Source of the DNA: a virus
Lineage: Duplodnaviria > Heunggongvirae > Uroviricota > Caudoviricetes
Virus record (IMG/VR): IMGVR_UViG_3300044655_003531
Span: 1-64,000 of that record
Reading direction: 5' to 3' (one strand)
Length of the DNA: 64,000 nt
Positions 25,711-35,282 of this stretch are shown here, piece by piece (positions within the stretch are counted from its first letter, which is position 1; the number at the start of each line of letters is the position of its first letter). The notes beneath the pieces are model-generated. The model made no database searches. It was given only the letters and a program-made list of their open reading frames with translations, and was not told where the DNA came from. A program made the position numbers and the translations under genes.

Positions 25711-26148
25711 TTAAAGTTTGTTTATGACTTCACCCTTTGAGTTTTCATAGTAAGTTTCATATCCTTTGGAGTTATACTCTATTCTTTCCCACATCCCATT
25801 GGAATCCTCTGTTCGACAACCATTATTTGAATATGTAGTTTGTTTCCAATACCCTGTCGAATCTTCATACAAAGTTATATCCCGTTCAGAATTGTATTCA
25901 TACCTTGCCCAAAACCCATTTGACGTAGTTTCTTTAATCCGATTATCATTAGAATCATATTCATATCGTTCCCAACGGTTCTTTGAATTTTCCCAATAAA
26001 TTTGGTTACCTCTATCATCTCGTTCACTACTTTCCCAATAACCGGTGGCATCTTCGCTATAAGCAACCTGCCCGTCTTTAGTTTCAATTACCAAGTCGCC
26101 ATCTATTTCAAAGTTCCATTTAAGCAACTGTCCAATTGTTTGTGTCAT
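25711..26148 (-). CDS. repeat-containing protein (YD/RHS-like short repeats, 145 aa)
   Basis: Reiterated WERYEY / ARYEYNSE / WERIEYNSKGYETYYENSKG units. Promoter-like TATATTTA upstream. Confidence 0.45.
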   Translation of the reverse strand: MTQTIGQLLKWNFEIDGDLVIETKDGQVAYSEDATGYWESSERDDRGNQIYWENSKNRWERYEYDSNDNRIKETTSNGFWARYEYNSERDITLYEDSTGYWKQTTYSNNGCRTEDSNGMWERIEYNSKGYETYYENSKGEVINKL

Positions 26149-26223
26149 ATTTTTTATTTTTATTTATGGTATAAATATACGAACGAATTTTCGTGTCTCC
26201 AAATGACGGAGTTATAACCAATG

Positions 26224-26511
26224 CTAAACAAGCACTGCATATTCATAGCCAAAATTAGTTGCCCCATCAGTTACGACATACTTCCAATCAACTTCGAATT
26301 GTTCAAGTTCACATACAGGCTTGTTGAATTTTTGGACAAGTAGTAAATCTGCAATTTGCTCGCTTTCTTTTTCAAGTTCATAAATTGGTAAGCAGTGATG
26401 CCAGTTGTTTTCTCCAGCAGGTTCAGTAATGTAATCAACAAACCATTTTCCATTTGCTTTGGTTAGTTTTCCTTTGTTTATTTCGGTTGTAATGTTTGAC
26501 ATAAATTCCAT
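26224..26511 (-). CDS. hypothetical protein (about 95 aa from internal Met)
   Basis: ORF. The N-terminal extension is Cys/low-complexity and probably not translated. Confidence 0.4.
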   Translation of the reverse strand: MEFMSNITTEINKGKLTKANGKWFVDYITEPAGENNWHHCLPIYELEKESEQIADLLLVQKFNKPVCELEQFEVDWKYVVTDGATNFGYEYAVLV

Positions 26512-26631
26512 ATTTGTATTATTTAAGTTTAAAAATTCGTAAAAGCACTGGTTATAACAGCACATAAGCAAAAGCCCAAATCCAACAGCACAATGCCCAC
26601 GCTATTTGTGCCTTCGCTTATCTGCAAAACG

Positions 26632-27351
26632 TTATGACATATTACCAACTTTAAGTTCACCATCATAAATCAAATATTGCTTTGATGGTAAAGCATCTAT
26701 CATATAATATCTACCACCCATGTGTTTATTCATACCATTCAAATCTATTTCTTTAATTTGAGTATGTCCAAATATTTGAATAAAACGTTTTTTGATTGCG
26801 TTTTCATTTCTTCGTTTGTTAGACATTAACAATGAAGTAGGTCTTATCCACACAGGAGTTTGAGTTACATTATCCCCATAAGCATTAAATCCATTAAAAG
26901 CAAAAGCATGAGGCCTGTGTTTAAATAGCTCATTGATTTCATCAACCAAAGTATCTACATTACAACGACCAAAAGTTTCTACAACCCAATAATGGCTTAC
27001 TCCTGCGTGAGTGCAAAGAAAATCATCAAATGAGTATGCCATTTGCAACAGGTCCATATTCTCTGATAAAACATGGCTGATATCAAACTGAAGAGCGGGT
27101 TGAAAACCTGAATAAGTTTCGTTGATATGCATATAGTGTAGGTCATGATTACCTGTCAATAGAATCACTTCCTTGTCGGAGTTTCGTTTAAACTCACATA
27201 TCTCCTTAAAGTTATGTATTTGGTCAACACCGGGTATATCAAAAGAATCAAAGTAATCTCCAACAAAGATTATTCTATCTGCGTTTTCTTTTGCTACAAT
27301 GTCCTTCCAAATTGGACGGCCGTGGATATCTCCAATGAATATTGTTTTCAT
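26632..27351 (-). CDS. Ser/Thr-type metallophosphoesterase (lambda-PPase/ApaH-like)
   Basis: IFIGDIHGR, FVGDYFD, LLTGNHD, GH motifs in canonical order. Confidence 0.7.
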   Translation of the reverse strand: MKTIFIGDIHGRPIWKDIVAKENADRIIFVGDYFDSFDIPGVDQIHNFKEICEFKRNSDKEVILLTGNHDLHYMHINETYSGFQPALQFDISHVLSENMDLLQMAYSFDDFLCTHAGVSHYWVVETFGRCNVDTLVDEINELFKHRPHAFAFNGFNAYGDNVTQTPVWIRPTSLLMSNKRRNENAIKKRFIQIFGHTQIKEIDLNGMNKHMGGRYYMIDALPSKQYLIYDGELKVGNMS

Positions 27352-27767
27352 TTGTTAGTAAAGTTTATATCTCCATTAGTCATACCAACAGCGGTGTTAG
27401 TGGTAGTAGTACCGATTACTCCAGTTCCATATTTTTTTGGGTTAGGGACCATCTTATTACCCATAATACAACCACATAAACCACTTCCACCATTTTTTGG
27501 ATTACAAGAGCAAATACTTGCATAAGGAACTTCATCAGGTTCTGAACTTGTTAAACTTATACTGAACCCACCGGGATGACTTTTGTCCCAAGTTGGGATA
27601 TTTGGAATATTTTCATCGTGTGGAATAGATTTATCATATTGAATTGTTTCAAGAGCATCCAACTGCTTTTTGAATGCTTTTCTTTCAGTTTCTAAAACTA
27701 AAATATCCCTATCAAGTGATTTGATATGTGATTTGATATCACTAATTGCTCTTTCAATCTTGTTCAT
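27348..27767 (-). CDS. hypothetical protein with N-terminal coiled coil (139 aa)
   Basis: ORF. Confidence 0.4.
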   Translation of the reverse strand: MNKIERAISDIKSHIKSLDRDILVLETERKAFKKQLDALETIQYDKSIPHDENIPNIPTWDKSHPGGFSISLTSSEPDEVPYASICSCNPKNGGSGLCGCIMGNKMVPNPKKYGTGVIGTTTTNTAVGMTNGDINFTNK

Positions 27768-28020
27768 AGTTTTTATGTGTTTTTAATCCCAATAATAATA
27801 ATATTTGATAATTACAATAATCAAAATAATCAACTAATTCTTTATGCCTTTCAGTTGTAAGTTCAGGATTAAGAATTAATCTTGCCGCTTCTGCTCTGTG
27901 TGAAAGAAGATTGAATAATGAGGGTTTAATTGAATTATCCCACATATCTCTATTAAAATGGGATGACTGTACAATTCTATGTTGAGTGCCCAGCGTCTCT
28001 AATGTGTTTGATTTAATCAT
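27754..28020 (-). CDS. hypothetical protein (88 aa)
   Basis: ORF. Confidence 0.4.
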   Translation of the reverse strand: MIKSNTLETLGTQHRIVQSSHFNRDMWDNSIKPSLFNLLSHRAEAARLILNPELTTERHKELVDYFDYCNYQILLLLGLKTHKNYEQD

Positions 28021-28370
28021 ATTGTATTTTTGCTATCTTCCATTAACTTTTTAAGTTCTTTATTAAAATCTAAATAATCTAATTCCATATCACACACATT
28101 TTCAACCAAAACCTCATATCCAAATACTATTCGCATATGAATATGAGATATATTTTTTTGATAATAATCCATATAGTATTCCCAGCTAAACTTGTCAGTA
28201 TCTTCGCAGTGCTCTATAATCCCCATAAATTTTTCATCACCTTCCCAATCAGATTTGAAAGATTTCCATTCGTTTTTGTTGGTAGGATCAATTGTACATA
28301 GTTCATCGTTGAATTTCATCCAATGCATTAAACAATTAATATGTTCCTGCGGTGCTCTTGCCATTCTCAT
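28017..28370 (-). CDS. hypothetical protein (117 aa)
   Basis: ORF. Confidence 0.4.
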   Translation of the reverse strand: MRMARAPQEHINCLMHWMKFNDELCTIDPTNKNEWKSFKSDWEGDEKFMGIIEHCEDTDKFSWEYYMDYYQKNISHIHMRIVFGYEVLVENVCDMELDYLDFNKELKKLMEDSKNTI

Positions 28371-28380
28371 AACTGTAAAA

Positions 28381-28599
28381 TTAATGTTTCCATCCCATTC
28401 TCATTTTGCTTATGGGAGTTAAAGCAGATGTGTAATTCATAAAGTTATCCCAATCTCCCCCACAACTATATACAACCCGTACTTCAGTATTTGTATGATC
28501 GGGGATTTCTTTTACCATTCCGTTTTCGCAGTCATCACATCCTTCGAATGGTATGTAATGAACCTTGTCTCCGATTTTCAATTTAGCAATATCTATCAT
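28381..28599 (-). CDS. hypothetical protein (72 aa)
   Basis: ORF. Confidence 0.35.
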   Translation of the reverse strand: MIDIAKLKIGDKVHYIPFEGCDDCENGMVKEIPDHTNTEVRVVYSCGGDWDNFMNYTSALTPISKMRMGWKH

Positions 28600-28608
28600 T
28601 TTTTTGTT

Positions 28609-28818
28609 TTAAAGGTCATACCAATACATTCCTAAACATACTTTCATAAAAGTACGATGAATCCAATTAGGTCTATAAGTTAAGTTTAATTGTACATAAT
28701 GGGTGGATTGATTGCCAAATCTATACCCACCCACACATTTTGGTATTTCAGGACTTAGTACCGATATATTAGACTTTTCAAAATCCTTTGGGTGTAGGTT
28801 AAATGTTTCTCGTTTCAT
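28609..28818 (-). CDS. hypothetical protein (69 aa)
   Basis: ORF. Confidence 0.35.
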   Translation of the reverse strand: MKRETFNLHPKDFEKSNISVLSPEIPKCVGGYRFGNQSTHYVQLNLTYRPNWIHRTFMKVCLGMYWYDL

Positions 28819-28839
28819 TAGTAAATCCTTTTTTCATAA

Positions 28840-29700
28840 TTATTTTCCTAAATTATACATCATATTAGTTCCACTACCCAATTGAGTAGTGGGTAAAACT
28901 CCATTCCATTTATTGATATACTCAAGTTGTAATAGTAATGGTGTTAAGGTTTGTTGTTTCATCCTGTTAGCTTCTGCTTCAGCTTTGGCTGATGTTAGCA
29001 TTGCTTGAGCATTACCTTCAGCTTGTGCGATTTTGATTTTGGCTTCAGCTTCAGCTTGCTTTACCCTATTTTCGGCTGTAAGTGCGGATTGAACTGCGTT
29101 ATTTTTAGCTTCAATGGCTTTCTTAAATGTTTCAGGATATACAAGATTTGATGTAAATTGAGCCAACATGAATCCTTCAGGTAGTAAGTGTGATTCTAAT
29201 ACCTTTCTAACTTTCACTTCAAATTGTTCACGATTTGAAATAAGTTCATCGGCAGTATATGAGTTAGCAACCACACGAAACGCATCATATACCGCAGTTT
29301 TTAAGAAACCTGATTCAATCTCATCCAATGTAACTCGGTATTTACTAAAAATATAGGGTACTCGTTCTCGTTTAACTGAATAGTTTAATAATGGTGAAAC
29401 GTGAAATTCTGAACCATCTTTTGAGTTTACCACAAATGATTCATCGGGATTATCTTCGCCATTGTTTTTATATTCTTTGTGCTGAACAAATGTTGGGAAC
29501 TCAATGATTTTTGTGGTAAATGGATTGTAAAATACCCAACCAGTTACCTCAGTAATATCATCTACACCTTTACCATCTCCATAGAGATTTACTTTAACAC
29601 CAACGTGACCCGCATCAATGCGTTCACAACTTGATAGACTGAAAATGATTAATCCTAATGCTAGCAATGCTACTGATACAATTTTAAAAGGGTTTTCCAT
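28840..29700 (-). CDS. SPFH/band-7 (stomatin/prohibitin/HflK/C-like) membrane protein
   Basis: N-terminal TM helix, SPFH core, C-terminal Ala/Glu-rich coiled coil QAEAEAKIKIAQAEGNAQAMLTSAKAEAEANRMKQ. Confidence 0.7.
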   Translation of the reverse strand: MENPFKIVSVALLALGLIIFSLSSCERIDAGHVGVKVNLYGDGKGVDDITEVTGWVFYNPFTTKIIEFPTFVQHKEYKNNGEDNPDESFVVNSKDGSEFHVSPLLNYSVKRERVPYIFSKYRVTLDEIESGFLKTAVYDAFRVVANSYTADELISNREQFEVKVRKVLESHLLPEGFMLAQFTSNLVYPETFKKAIEAKNNAVQSALTAENRVKQAEAEAKIKIAQAEGNAQAMLTSAKAEAEANRMKQQTLTPLLLQLEYINKWNGVLPTTQLGSGTNMMYNLGK

Positions 29701-29714
29701 AGTTTTTTGTTTTT

Positions 29715-29921
29715 TTAGTTTTGTTTTGTTGTGGTTTTTGGTTTAAAAATGAATTGTAAGGTTAAAAATAAAAAATAAATACCAATAAATAAGGTTATTA
29801 CTCCGAAGAAAAAAGCAATGGTAGATGGCATATTCATTAACGAGAAACTAAACTTCATTAGTTCTGAAAATGCTAATCCAAGTAGGATGCAGGAGAATGT
29901 TTTAATTAAAATGTTTTTCAT
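29715..29921 (-). CDS. small two-TM membrane protein upstream of SPFH gene
   Basis: Two hydrophobic helices. Overlaps the HAD gene end. Confidence 0.4.
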   Translation of the reverse strand: MKNILIKTFSCILLGLAFSELMKFSFSLMNMPSTIAFFFGVITLFIGIYFLFLTLQFIFKPKTTTKQN

Positions 29922-30549
29922 AGTTTATATTTTGTAAAGTTCTATTCAATTTTCCATAGTTTGTTTTACCATCAAATGCTCTACCAATACGATACAAATG
30001 ATTAGGTGATAATCCAAAGTAACCATCGCAATGATAAAATTTATCCATTTGTTCTGGAAGCATATCTGAGTCATCATCTAAAATTGCATAATCCTCAACT
30101 TCAGGTCTTTTATCTAGCCATTCCTTTATTTCTTCTCCTCTCATACCAAACCCACCTCCTGTGATACCAACAAAAGTTCCCTCATTAAATCCAAAATGAA
30201 CCAATGCGCGTTCCCACCACTGGGGAATTACGTTTTTCTCCGTTCCAAAATGGCGTTTCCAAACAGATGAAATACAAATTTTAGTTCCAGTCCTATTACA
30301 AAAATCAGAAAGCCACTGCCATTTTTGGGGGCAAGTCTCTTCAATCAACCTTTTAAGTTGGTATTCATAAGTGTAATGGCTATCGGGTGTTTTGTAATTT
30401 GCTAAACTCACAGGTTTTGATTTAATACCTAAAAACTTTCTGATTAGGTAGTAGTAAGTCCTGGGTTTCAACCACCTTTTTTTGTGTCGGTTCTCGTAAA
30501 AAATATGGGAGTTCATAACTCCATCAATATCTAAAAATATAACTTTCAT
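29902..30549 (-). CDS. HAD-superfamily phosphatase-like protein
   Basis: N-terminal FLDIDGVMNS (DxDGV motif I). Confidence 0.5.
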   Translation of the reverse strand: MKVIFLDIDGVMNSHIFYENRHKKRWLKPRTYYYLIRKFLGIKSKPVSLANYKTPDSHYTYEYQLKRLIEETCPQKWQWLSDFCNRTGTKICISSVWKRHFGTEKNVIPQWWERALVHFGFNEGTFVGITGGGFGMRGEEIKEWLDKRPEVEDYAILDDDSDMLPEQMDKFYHCDGYFGLSPNHLYRIGRAFDGKTNYGKLNRTLQNINYEKHFN

Positions 30550-30558
30550 ATCAAAGGT

Positions 30559-31275
30559 TTATTTTGTAAGTAATTCTTTAAATCTTTTTCTTAACATTCT
30601 AACATATACATCATTGGATAGTCCGTAATTTCCGATAGCCCACATATCATTGTATTCAATAACTACGTTCTGACCCCCACTCAAAACACCTATATCAATT
30701 GTGTAGGCCGATGGAAAAGTATTTCTATTGTTTTGGATTATTTTTTCTAAATACGAACTATCAATCGAAACATAAAGATTACCAGAGTAGTTTGCTAGAT
30801 ATTCAATGCGGTGATCGTTGATATAGCATCTCCATTCACTCTCAATTGGTTGATCAAAAACATCATAAACCATAACTCGTGTTTCTTCAGGAACATTAGA
30901 AATTGATGTGTTCTGCATTTGATCAATCACAAAACCAGTGAATAATTTTATGTCAAATGGTTTTATGAAAAACTTTTGACCTAGTTGTGCTAATCTCTTA
31001 ATTTCCCCTAAGGTTTGTATGCTGTGTTTTCTATCGGAATTCATAGGTAGTCTAGGATCTTCAACACCAGCGATTTGAAACACAACTCTCATGAACTCAA
31101 CAGAACCAACAAATAAATTGTTAGATGTTACTAATTTATTAAACTTGCCGGAAATTAAATCATCATAAGTAATAAGTCTAAAGTCCTGTCCAGTATCCAT
31201 AGCACCATACATAGCACAAGAAACATCAAAGTGATGTGGTAACTCTCGGTTGCTGTCTTTTTGTAAATAAATCAT
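30559..31275 (-). CDS. hypothetical protein, possible ATP-grasp fold
   Basis: C-terminal ...VVIEYNDMWAIGNYG resembles the ATP-grasp E-x-N signature. Weak. Confidence 0.3.
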   Translation of the reverse strand: MIYLQKDSNRELPHHFDVSCAMYGAMDTGQDFRLITYDDLISGKFNKLVTSNNLFVGSVEFMRVVFQIAGVEDPRLPMNSDRKHSIQTLGEIKRLAQLGQKFFIKPFDIKLFTGFVIDQMQNTSISNVPEETRVMVYDVFDQPIESEWRCYINDHRIEYLANYSGNLYVSIDSSYLEKIIQNNRNTFPSAYTIDIGVLSGGQNVVIEYNDMWAIGNYGLSNDVYVRMLRKRFKELLTK

Positions 31276-31371
31276 AATGGTGCAAATATATACATTTTGT
31301 AACTAAAAACAAAATTTTTTAGAAAAATTACCAACCTCAACTATTTTGAATATCTAAGAGTATAACTTTCA

Positions 31372-32448
31372 TTAAATTTTATAAAATTGGGGTTTTATTA
31401 TTTTCCAAATTAATGAGGAGTATTCCTTACGATCGTACATTTTAAATAAAAGGGAAGGATTTTTGTATTTTTTTGCTTCTTCGGCAAAACTAGCTCTCCA
31501 CTTGAAATCTTTTATGCTCTTGAGGGTGTCGAAGATAGCCAAATACTCCTTCTCTACCTCCTGGTATTGACTTATCAGCTCGTTGGCATATCCTGTCACC
31601 TTTCCATAAAACTCATCGGGGGTGTCGACAAGGATGGCTGACATGTCACCTCCGGTAGACAAGACCTCCCAGATCGAAGTGGAAGTAACATTTGTCATTA
31701 TTCTGTGCAACCTGAGATACTCCTCAAATTTAATTTTCATCCGAAAGTTACCAGGTTGAAATCTAAGAACGAAACCCTCCTTGTTAACATCGTTCTGTGC
31801 CTTCAAACTACGGTATAACTGATCGGAAAAGTTAAAATGCTGCTTTGTTTGGGTGATGTCTTTATCAGAGACACCGTTGAACTTAAAGACATCACAGGCC
31901 ATAGACCAATGTAATTCTTCTTCGTTGGTTTGTTTGTAAAAATTATTGGGGACCGCAGATAAAAATATGACTTTTTCTTCCCCGTAATTTACAACGATAC
32001 GATTTTCCGGGTAGATGATCTCAACCAAGTACGCGTATTCTTTTATCCAACTATCCAACTTGTATTTGGATTGAACCATCTCTAATCCCTTTATTGCCTG
32101 GTCTGAGGTAAAAGAACCCCGGGTAGCCATAATCCATTCACCCTCGTAGTAAAACAGTATGCCTAAAGAGCCATCCGCCTTTTCCTGCACATACACACAG
32201 TCTCCTTGGGTTGGAATTTGTCCTTTGTTCACAATTTCTTCGTAGTTGAAAAACTTTGGAAAGGGTTTAACAAGGATCCCGCCGGTAACATCATCGGTAA
32301 TAAGACCTCTACACATAAGGGTCACATCGTCCCATAATCCATCGTATTGAACCTTTTCGCTGTAGTTCCAAATTGTCAGCGGAAAGCGAGGATGGGACTG
32401 GGAGTGGAGCAGGCCCCTTTCCTTATAATCTTCTAGTACGTTTCTCAT
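31372..32448 (-). CDS. rnlA: RNA ligase 1 (T4 Rnl1 family)
   Basis: LMCRGLIT/LECRGIMF, FPKFFNYEE/MEKFFNLNE, motif I EKADGSLGILFY/KEDGSLVSTY, VEIIYPENRIVVNY/FEFVAPTNRIVLAY all align with T4 gp63. Confidence 0.8.
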   Translation of the reverse strand: MRNVLEDYKERGLLHSQSHPRFPLTIWNYSEKVQYDGLWDDVTLMCRGLITDDVTGGILVKPFPKFFNYEEIVNKGQIPTQGDCVYVQEKADGSLGILFYYEGEWIMATRGSFTSDQAIKGLEMVQSKYKLDSWIKEYAYLVEIIYPENRIVVNYGEEKVIFLSAVPNNFYKQTNEEELHWSMACDVFKFNGVSDKDITQTKQHFNFSDQLYRSLKAQNDVNKEGFVLRFQPGNFRMKIKFEEYLRLHRIMTNVTSTSIWEVLSTGGDMSAILVDTPDEFYGKVTGYANELISQYQEVEKEYLAIFDTLKSIKDFKWRASFAEEAKKYKNPSLLFKMYDRKEYSSLIWKIIKPQFYKI

Positions 32449-32497
32449 TCCCCAAATATAAGAATAAATTCTAAAATTAATTCACAAAAAATCGAAC

Positions 32498-32725
32498 CTA
32501 TCCATTAAAAAAAGTTTCCCTCTGAATCTTCTCCACAAAAGACAGAAAATATTCAGAAGGCAAAACTTTTTCCAAATCAGACACAAGAACCACATCCCGG
32601 CCAGAAACCGATTGGATTTGAAGAGATTCCCCGCATTTCTCTAACAACTGGCCGTCAAAGAAATTTGAAACCAATCCCACGGGAACTAACTCAGGAATGT
32701 TCAGTGCTTCCATTAATTTGGTCAT
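32498..32725 (-). CDS. hypothetical protein (75 aa)
   Basis: ORF. Confidence 0.35.
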   Translation of the reverse strand: MTKLMEALNIPELVPVGLVSNFFDGQLLEKCGESLQIQSVSGRDVVLVSDLEKVLPSEYFLSFVEKIQRETFFNG

Positions 32726-33347
32726 TAATTCTTTTTATTTTATTCATCTTATGAATTTCTAGATATTTTGCCAAATCCTCATTACTCATCCACTTATTGA
32801 AATCCGGTTCAATTTTTTTGATTTGTTCGGTTAAATCTTTTTTGTAACCTTTTCGATAGTAATAATCTTCAATGGAATCAGCAAGGTCCTGAATGTATTG
32901 AGGTGCAGCAACTGAGATTCTTAAATCATACCATTCCCACTTTGTTTTATAATCTACAAATGTAATTCCTTTGGTTAGTTTTCTATGTAAATTATGTAGT
33001 GCCCTATTACGAACCCTTACAATAGATTTATCGTTACCAAACACATCGAGAAATCTAAGAAACCAACGAGGACACCACCAAGGTTTTGCTTCATAGTCCA
33101 TAGCCAAAACTAATGGGACCATAGCTTTATTACAGTTATTGTAATCAGGTACAGAACCTAAATACCCATACTTTTCAGAAAAATCTTTAGGAAAGAAAAT
33201 ATAACGAATATCATCCCACTCCAAATCACGAGTATGTACTATACCTTTCTTTCTACCCTTCCAAAATAGGAGAGATTGTCCAAAGTCTTTAGCTTTTGCA
33301 CTAAATGGGCGATTGTCCTTAAAAGGACCAAATTTACTTTTTTTCAT
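32691..33347 (-). CDS. hypothetical protein (218 aa)
   Basis: ORF. Confidence 0.45.
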   Translation of the reverse strand: MKKSKFGPFKDNRPFSAKAKDFGQSLLFWKGRKKGIVHTRDLEWDDIRYIFFPKDFSEKYGYLGSVPDYNNCNKAMVPLVLAMDYEAKPWWCPRWFLRFLDVFGNDKSIVRVRNRALHNLHRKLTKGITFVDYKTKWEWYDLRISVAAPQYIQDLADSIEDYYYRKGYKKDLTEQIKKIEPDFNKWMSNEDLAKYLEIHKMNKIKRINDQINGSTEHS

Positions 33348-33472
33348 ACTATTTGGTTAACAAATCATAAAGGATAATTCCAAGTCCTATCAATAAAATC
33401 GTGGAGGTTACGAAAGAAATTACTGAAGAAAGGAGGAGCAAATAAAATTTTTTGTGTTTTAGTTTCATGAGT

Positions 33473-33793
33473 TTATGGTTTTAGTGAATCCTGGATTGAG
33501 CTTTTCTCTATTGTTGTGTCCATGTGCTGACAATGTATTTTTCCACATTTTTCAGTCACCAATTTGGTAATGTAAATAGTATCTGTTGTTTTTATAGGGG
33601 GTTCTTCCTTTTTTATTTCATGAATTACTGTTCCTTCTATATCCTGTGTGGAGCTGGATCTAAAAAAATCAGAGGTGGCAACTTTATAAATAAAATAAAT
33701 GCTGAAGAAACAAAAAATAAAGAAAAGCAAAAAACCCAGGCTTAGAAAAAGGGTAAAATTGTGATTTTTAGTGTTTTTGGGTGATTTCATCAA
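33473..33793 (-). CDS. membrane-anchored hypothetical protein (106 aa)
   Basis: N-terminal TM helix. Confidence 0.4.
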   Translation of the reverse strand: MMKSPKNTKNHNFTLFLSLGFLLFFIFCFFSIYFIYKVATSDFFRSSSTQDIEGTVIHEIKKEEPPIKTTDTIYITKLVTEKCGKIHCQHMDTTIEKSSIQDSLKP

Positions 33794-34193
33794 GGAGATT
33801 TTTAAGTGAATAACGGATATTAGCGGTGATGTCAGCCTCTAGAGAATGCCTTCTTTCTTCAATTTCCAAATTATAAGAATGAATTAATCTCTGCCAAGCT
33901 CTTTCCCGAAGGGTAACGGAGTAGCTGTGGATATTGTCTATAATTTGGACCTGGTTGGAGTCCATAATAACATAAATCTTTAACCTCTCGTTTTTTAAAA
34001 ATCTTTTGTCGGTCAAAGGTGTCATTAAGAGAATAGAGTCTGACATTTTAGCCAGCTTTTTACACAGCATGACACACTGCGCCTCGTGGGGCAAAGGTGA
34101 TTCTTTGCGGTCGCTGGTGGAGTCTAGACGCCTGAGCAAATAGATAGACAATTTTTGCATTCTACGTCTGAAGTTGTGAGTAATTAGTTGCAT
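33768..34193 (-). CDS. hypothetical protein (141 aa)
   Basis: ORF. Confidence 0.4.
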   Translation of the reverse strand: MQLITHNFRRRMQKLSIYLLRRLDSTSDRKESPLPHEAQCVMLCKKLAKMSDSILLMTPLTDKRFLKNERLKIYVIMDSNQVQIIDNIHSYSVTLRERAWQRLIHSYNLEIEERRHSLEADITANIRYSLKNLLDEITQKH

Positions 34194-34260
34194 GGAGAAT
34201 TTGGTTTAGACCCCAAATATAGAAAAATTCCTCCAATAGTTGATACTTCGAATAAAAAAA

Positions 34261-35178
34261 TTAGGCGGTAGTAGATAAGTCTTTGACCTCAATGTTTTGG
34301 GCAAAATCTAGAGCTTTTCTGGTACCCTCTCCGATAATTCCGGCATCTACATTATTTCCTGGACCCGCATTGGCATTGTTAACTGCTCTAACTGCAGTTT
34401 TTAAATCTTGAAAATCGTTCTCGTTGGAGTTGGAATACTTCTCCTTGATAGTTGGGTTGTTCAAAGTGATCTTAAAGAAGAGGGCTGCTACTTCGGCGGC
34501 AATTTTTGAATTCTTTTCTAAAGTTTCAGGATTAGCTACTAGATCAACATTAGTTCCAGCTTTTTTGAGTAAGTCTGTGTATACTCGGTAGTTTGCTTTC
34601 CCTGTGAGCCCGTTGTATCCTCTACCTCGATATTTCCAGCCGTCACCTGGCTGATCGTTGCCTAGATCCTTACCCGTACTAGTTGGACAATCTACGCCGT
34701 ATACTCTATCCCAGAATTTAGCATCATCCTTTCTTAATTCTTCAATCTGAGCATCTGTTAGATCCTTGACCCTCCGTCCGAAAACATCTCTAATCCTACT
34801 AGCCGGTGTGTTTCTATAAGAAATTTCAGCAACGCTGGGGTTGAACCCGCTTTCTTTATTCACAACTCCCAAGACCGCTCTTTGGACGTAAGGGTTTGTG
34901 AGACCGTGTTTATTGAGAGCTTCTACGAGCTCTTGCATTGCCTGCTTTTGATTAGCAGGGGCACTGGGCAGAATTAATTCTCCCGATACAGGAGATTCAG
35001 TATCAGAAGCTTTAGAAGCTGAAACTAATCCCGAATCGGAAGTGATGGTGGATCCAAAAGAGCTTCTAATTTCGGAATCCATCCATTTGTCAAAAGATTC
35101 CTTCCCCCTCTCTGAGTTCGATTTTGGTGTATTTTCATACAAGTCCCTAAAAGATTTGAGATATTTCATTTTTTTCAT
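34261..35178 (-). CDS. glycoside hydrolase family 19-like protein (candidate endolysin/chitinase-like)
   Basis: YRGRGYNGLTGKANYRVY fits the GH19 signature GRG-x-x-Q/N-L-T-x-x-x-NY. LGVVNKESGF contains a candidate catalytic Glu. Confidence 0.45.
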   Translation of the reverse strand: MKKMKYLKSFRDLYENTPKSNSERGKESFDKWMDSEIRSSFGSTITSDSGLVSASKASDTESPVSGELILPSAPANQKQAMQELVEALNKHGLTNPYVQRAVLGVVNKESGFNPSVAEISYRNTPASRIRDVFGRRVKDLTDAQIEELRKDDAKFWDRVYGVDCPTSTGKDLGNDQPGDGWKYRGRGYNGLTGKANYRVYTDLLKKAGTNVDLVANPETLEKNSKIAAEVAALFFKITLNNPTIKEKYSNSNENDFQDLKTAVRAVNNANAGPGNNVDAGIIGEGTRKALDFAQNIEVKDLSTTA

Positions 35179-35282
35179 TCTTTTGTTCTAACTTTGAGAT
35201 TTCTGTTGAAAGCCCTTGTTTTAATGTATAACGAGGGGGTCGGTCTATATATCCACAAGATAGTGCACACTTTTCATGTAGA

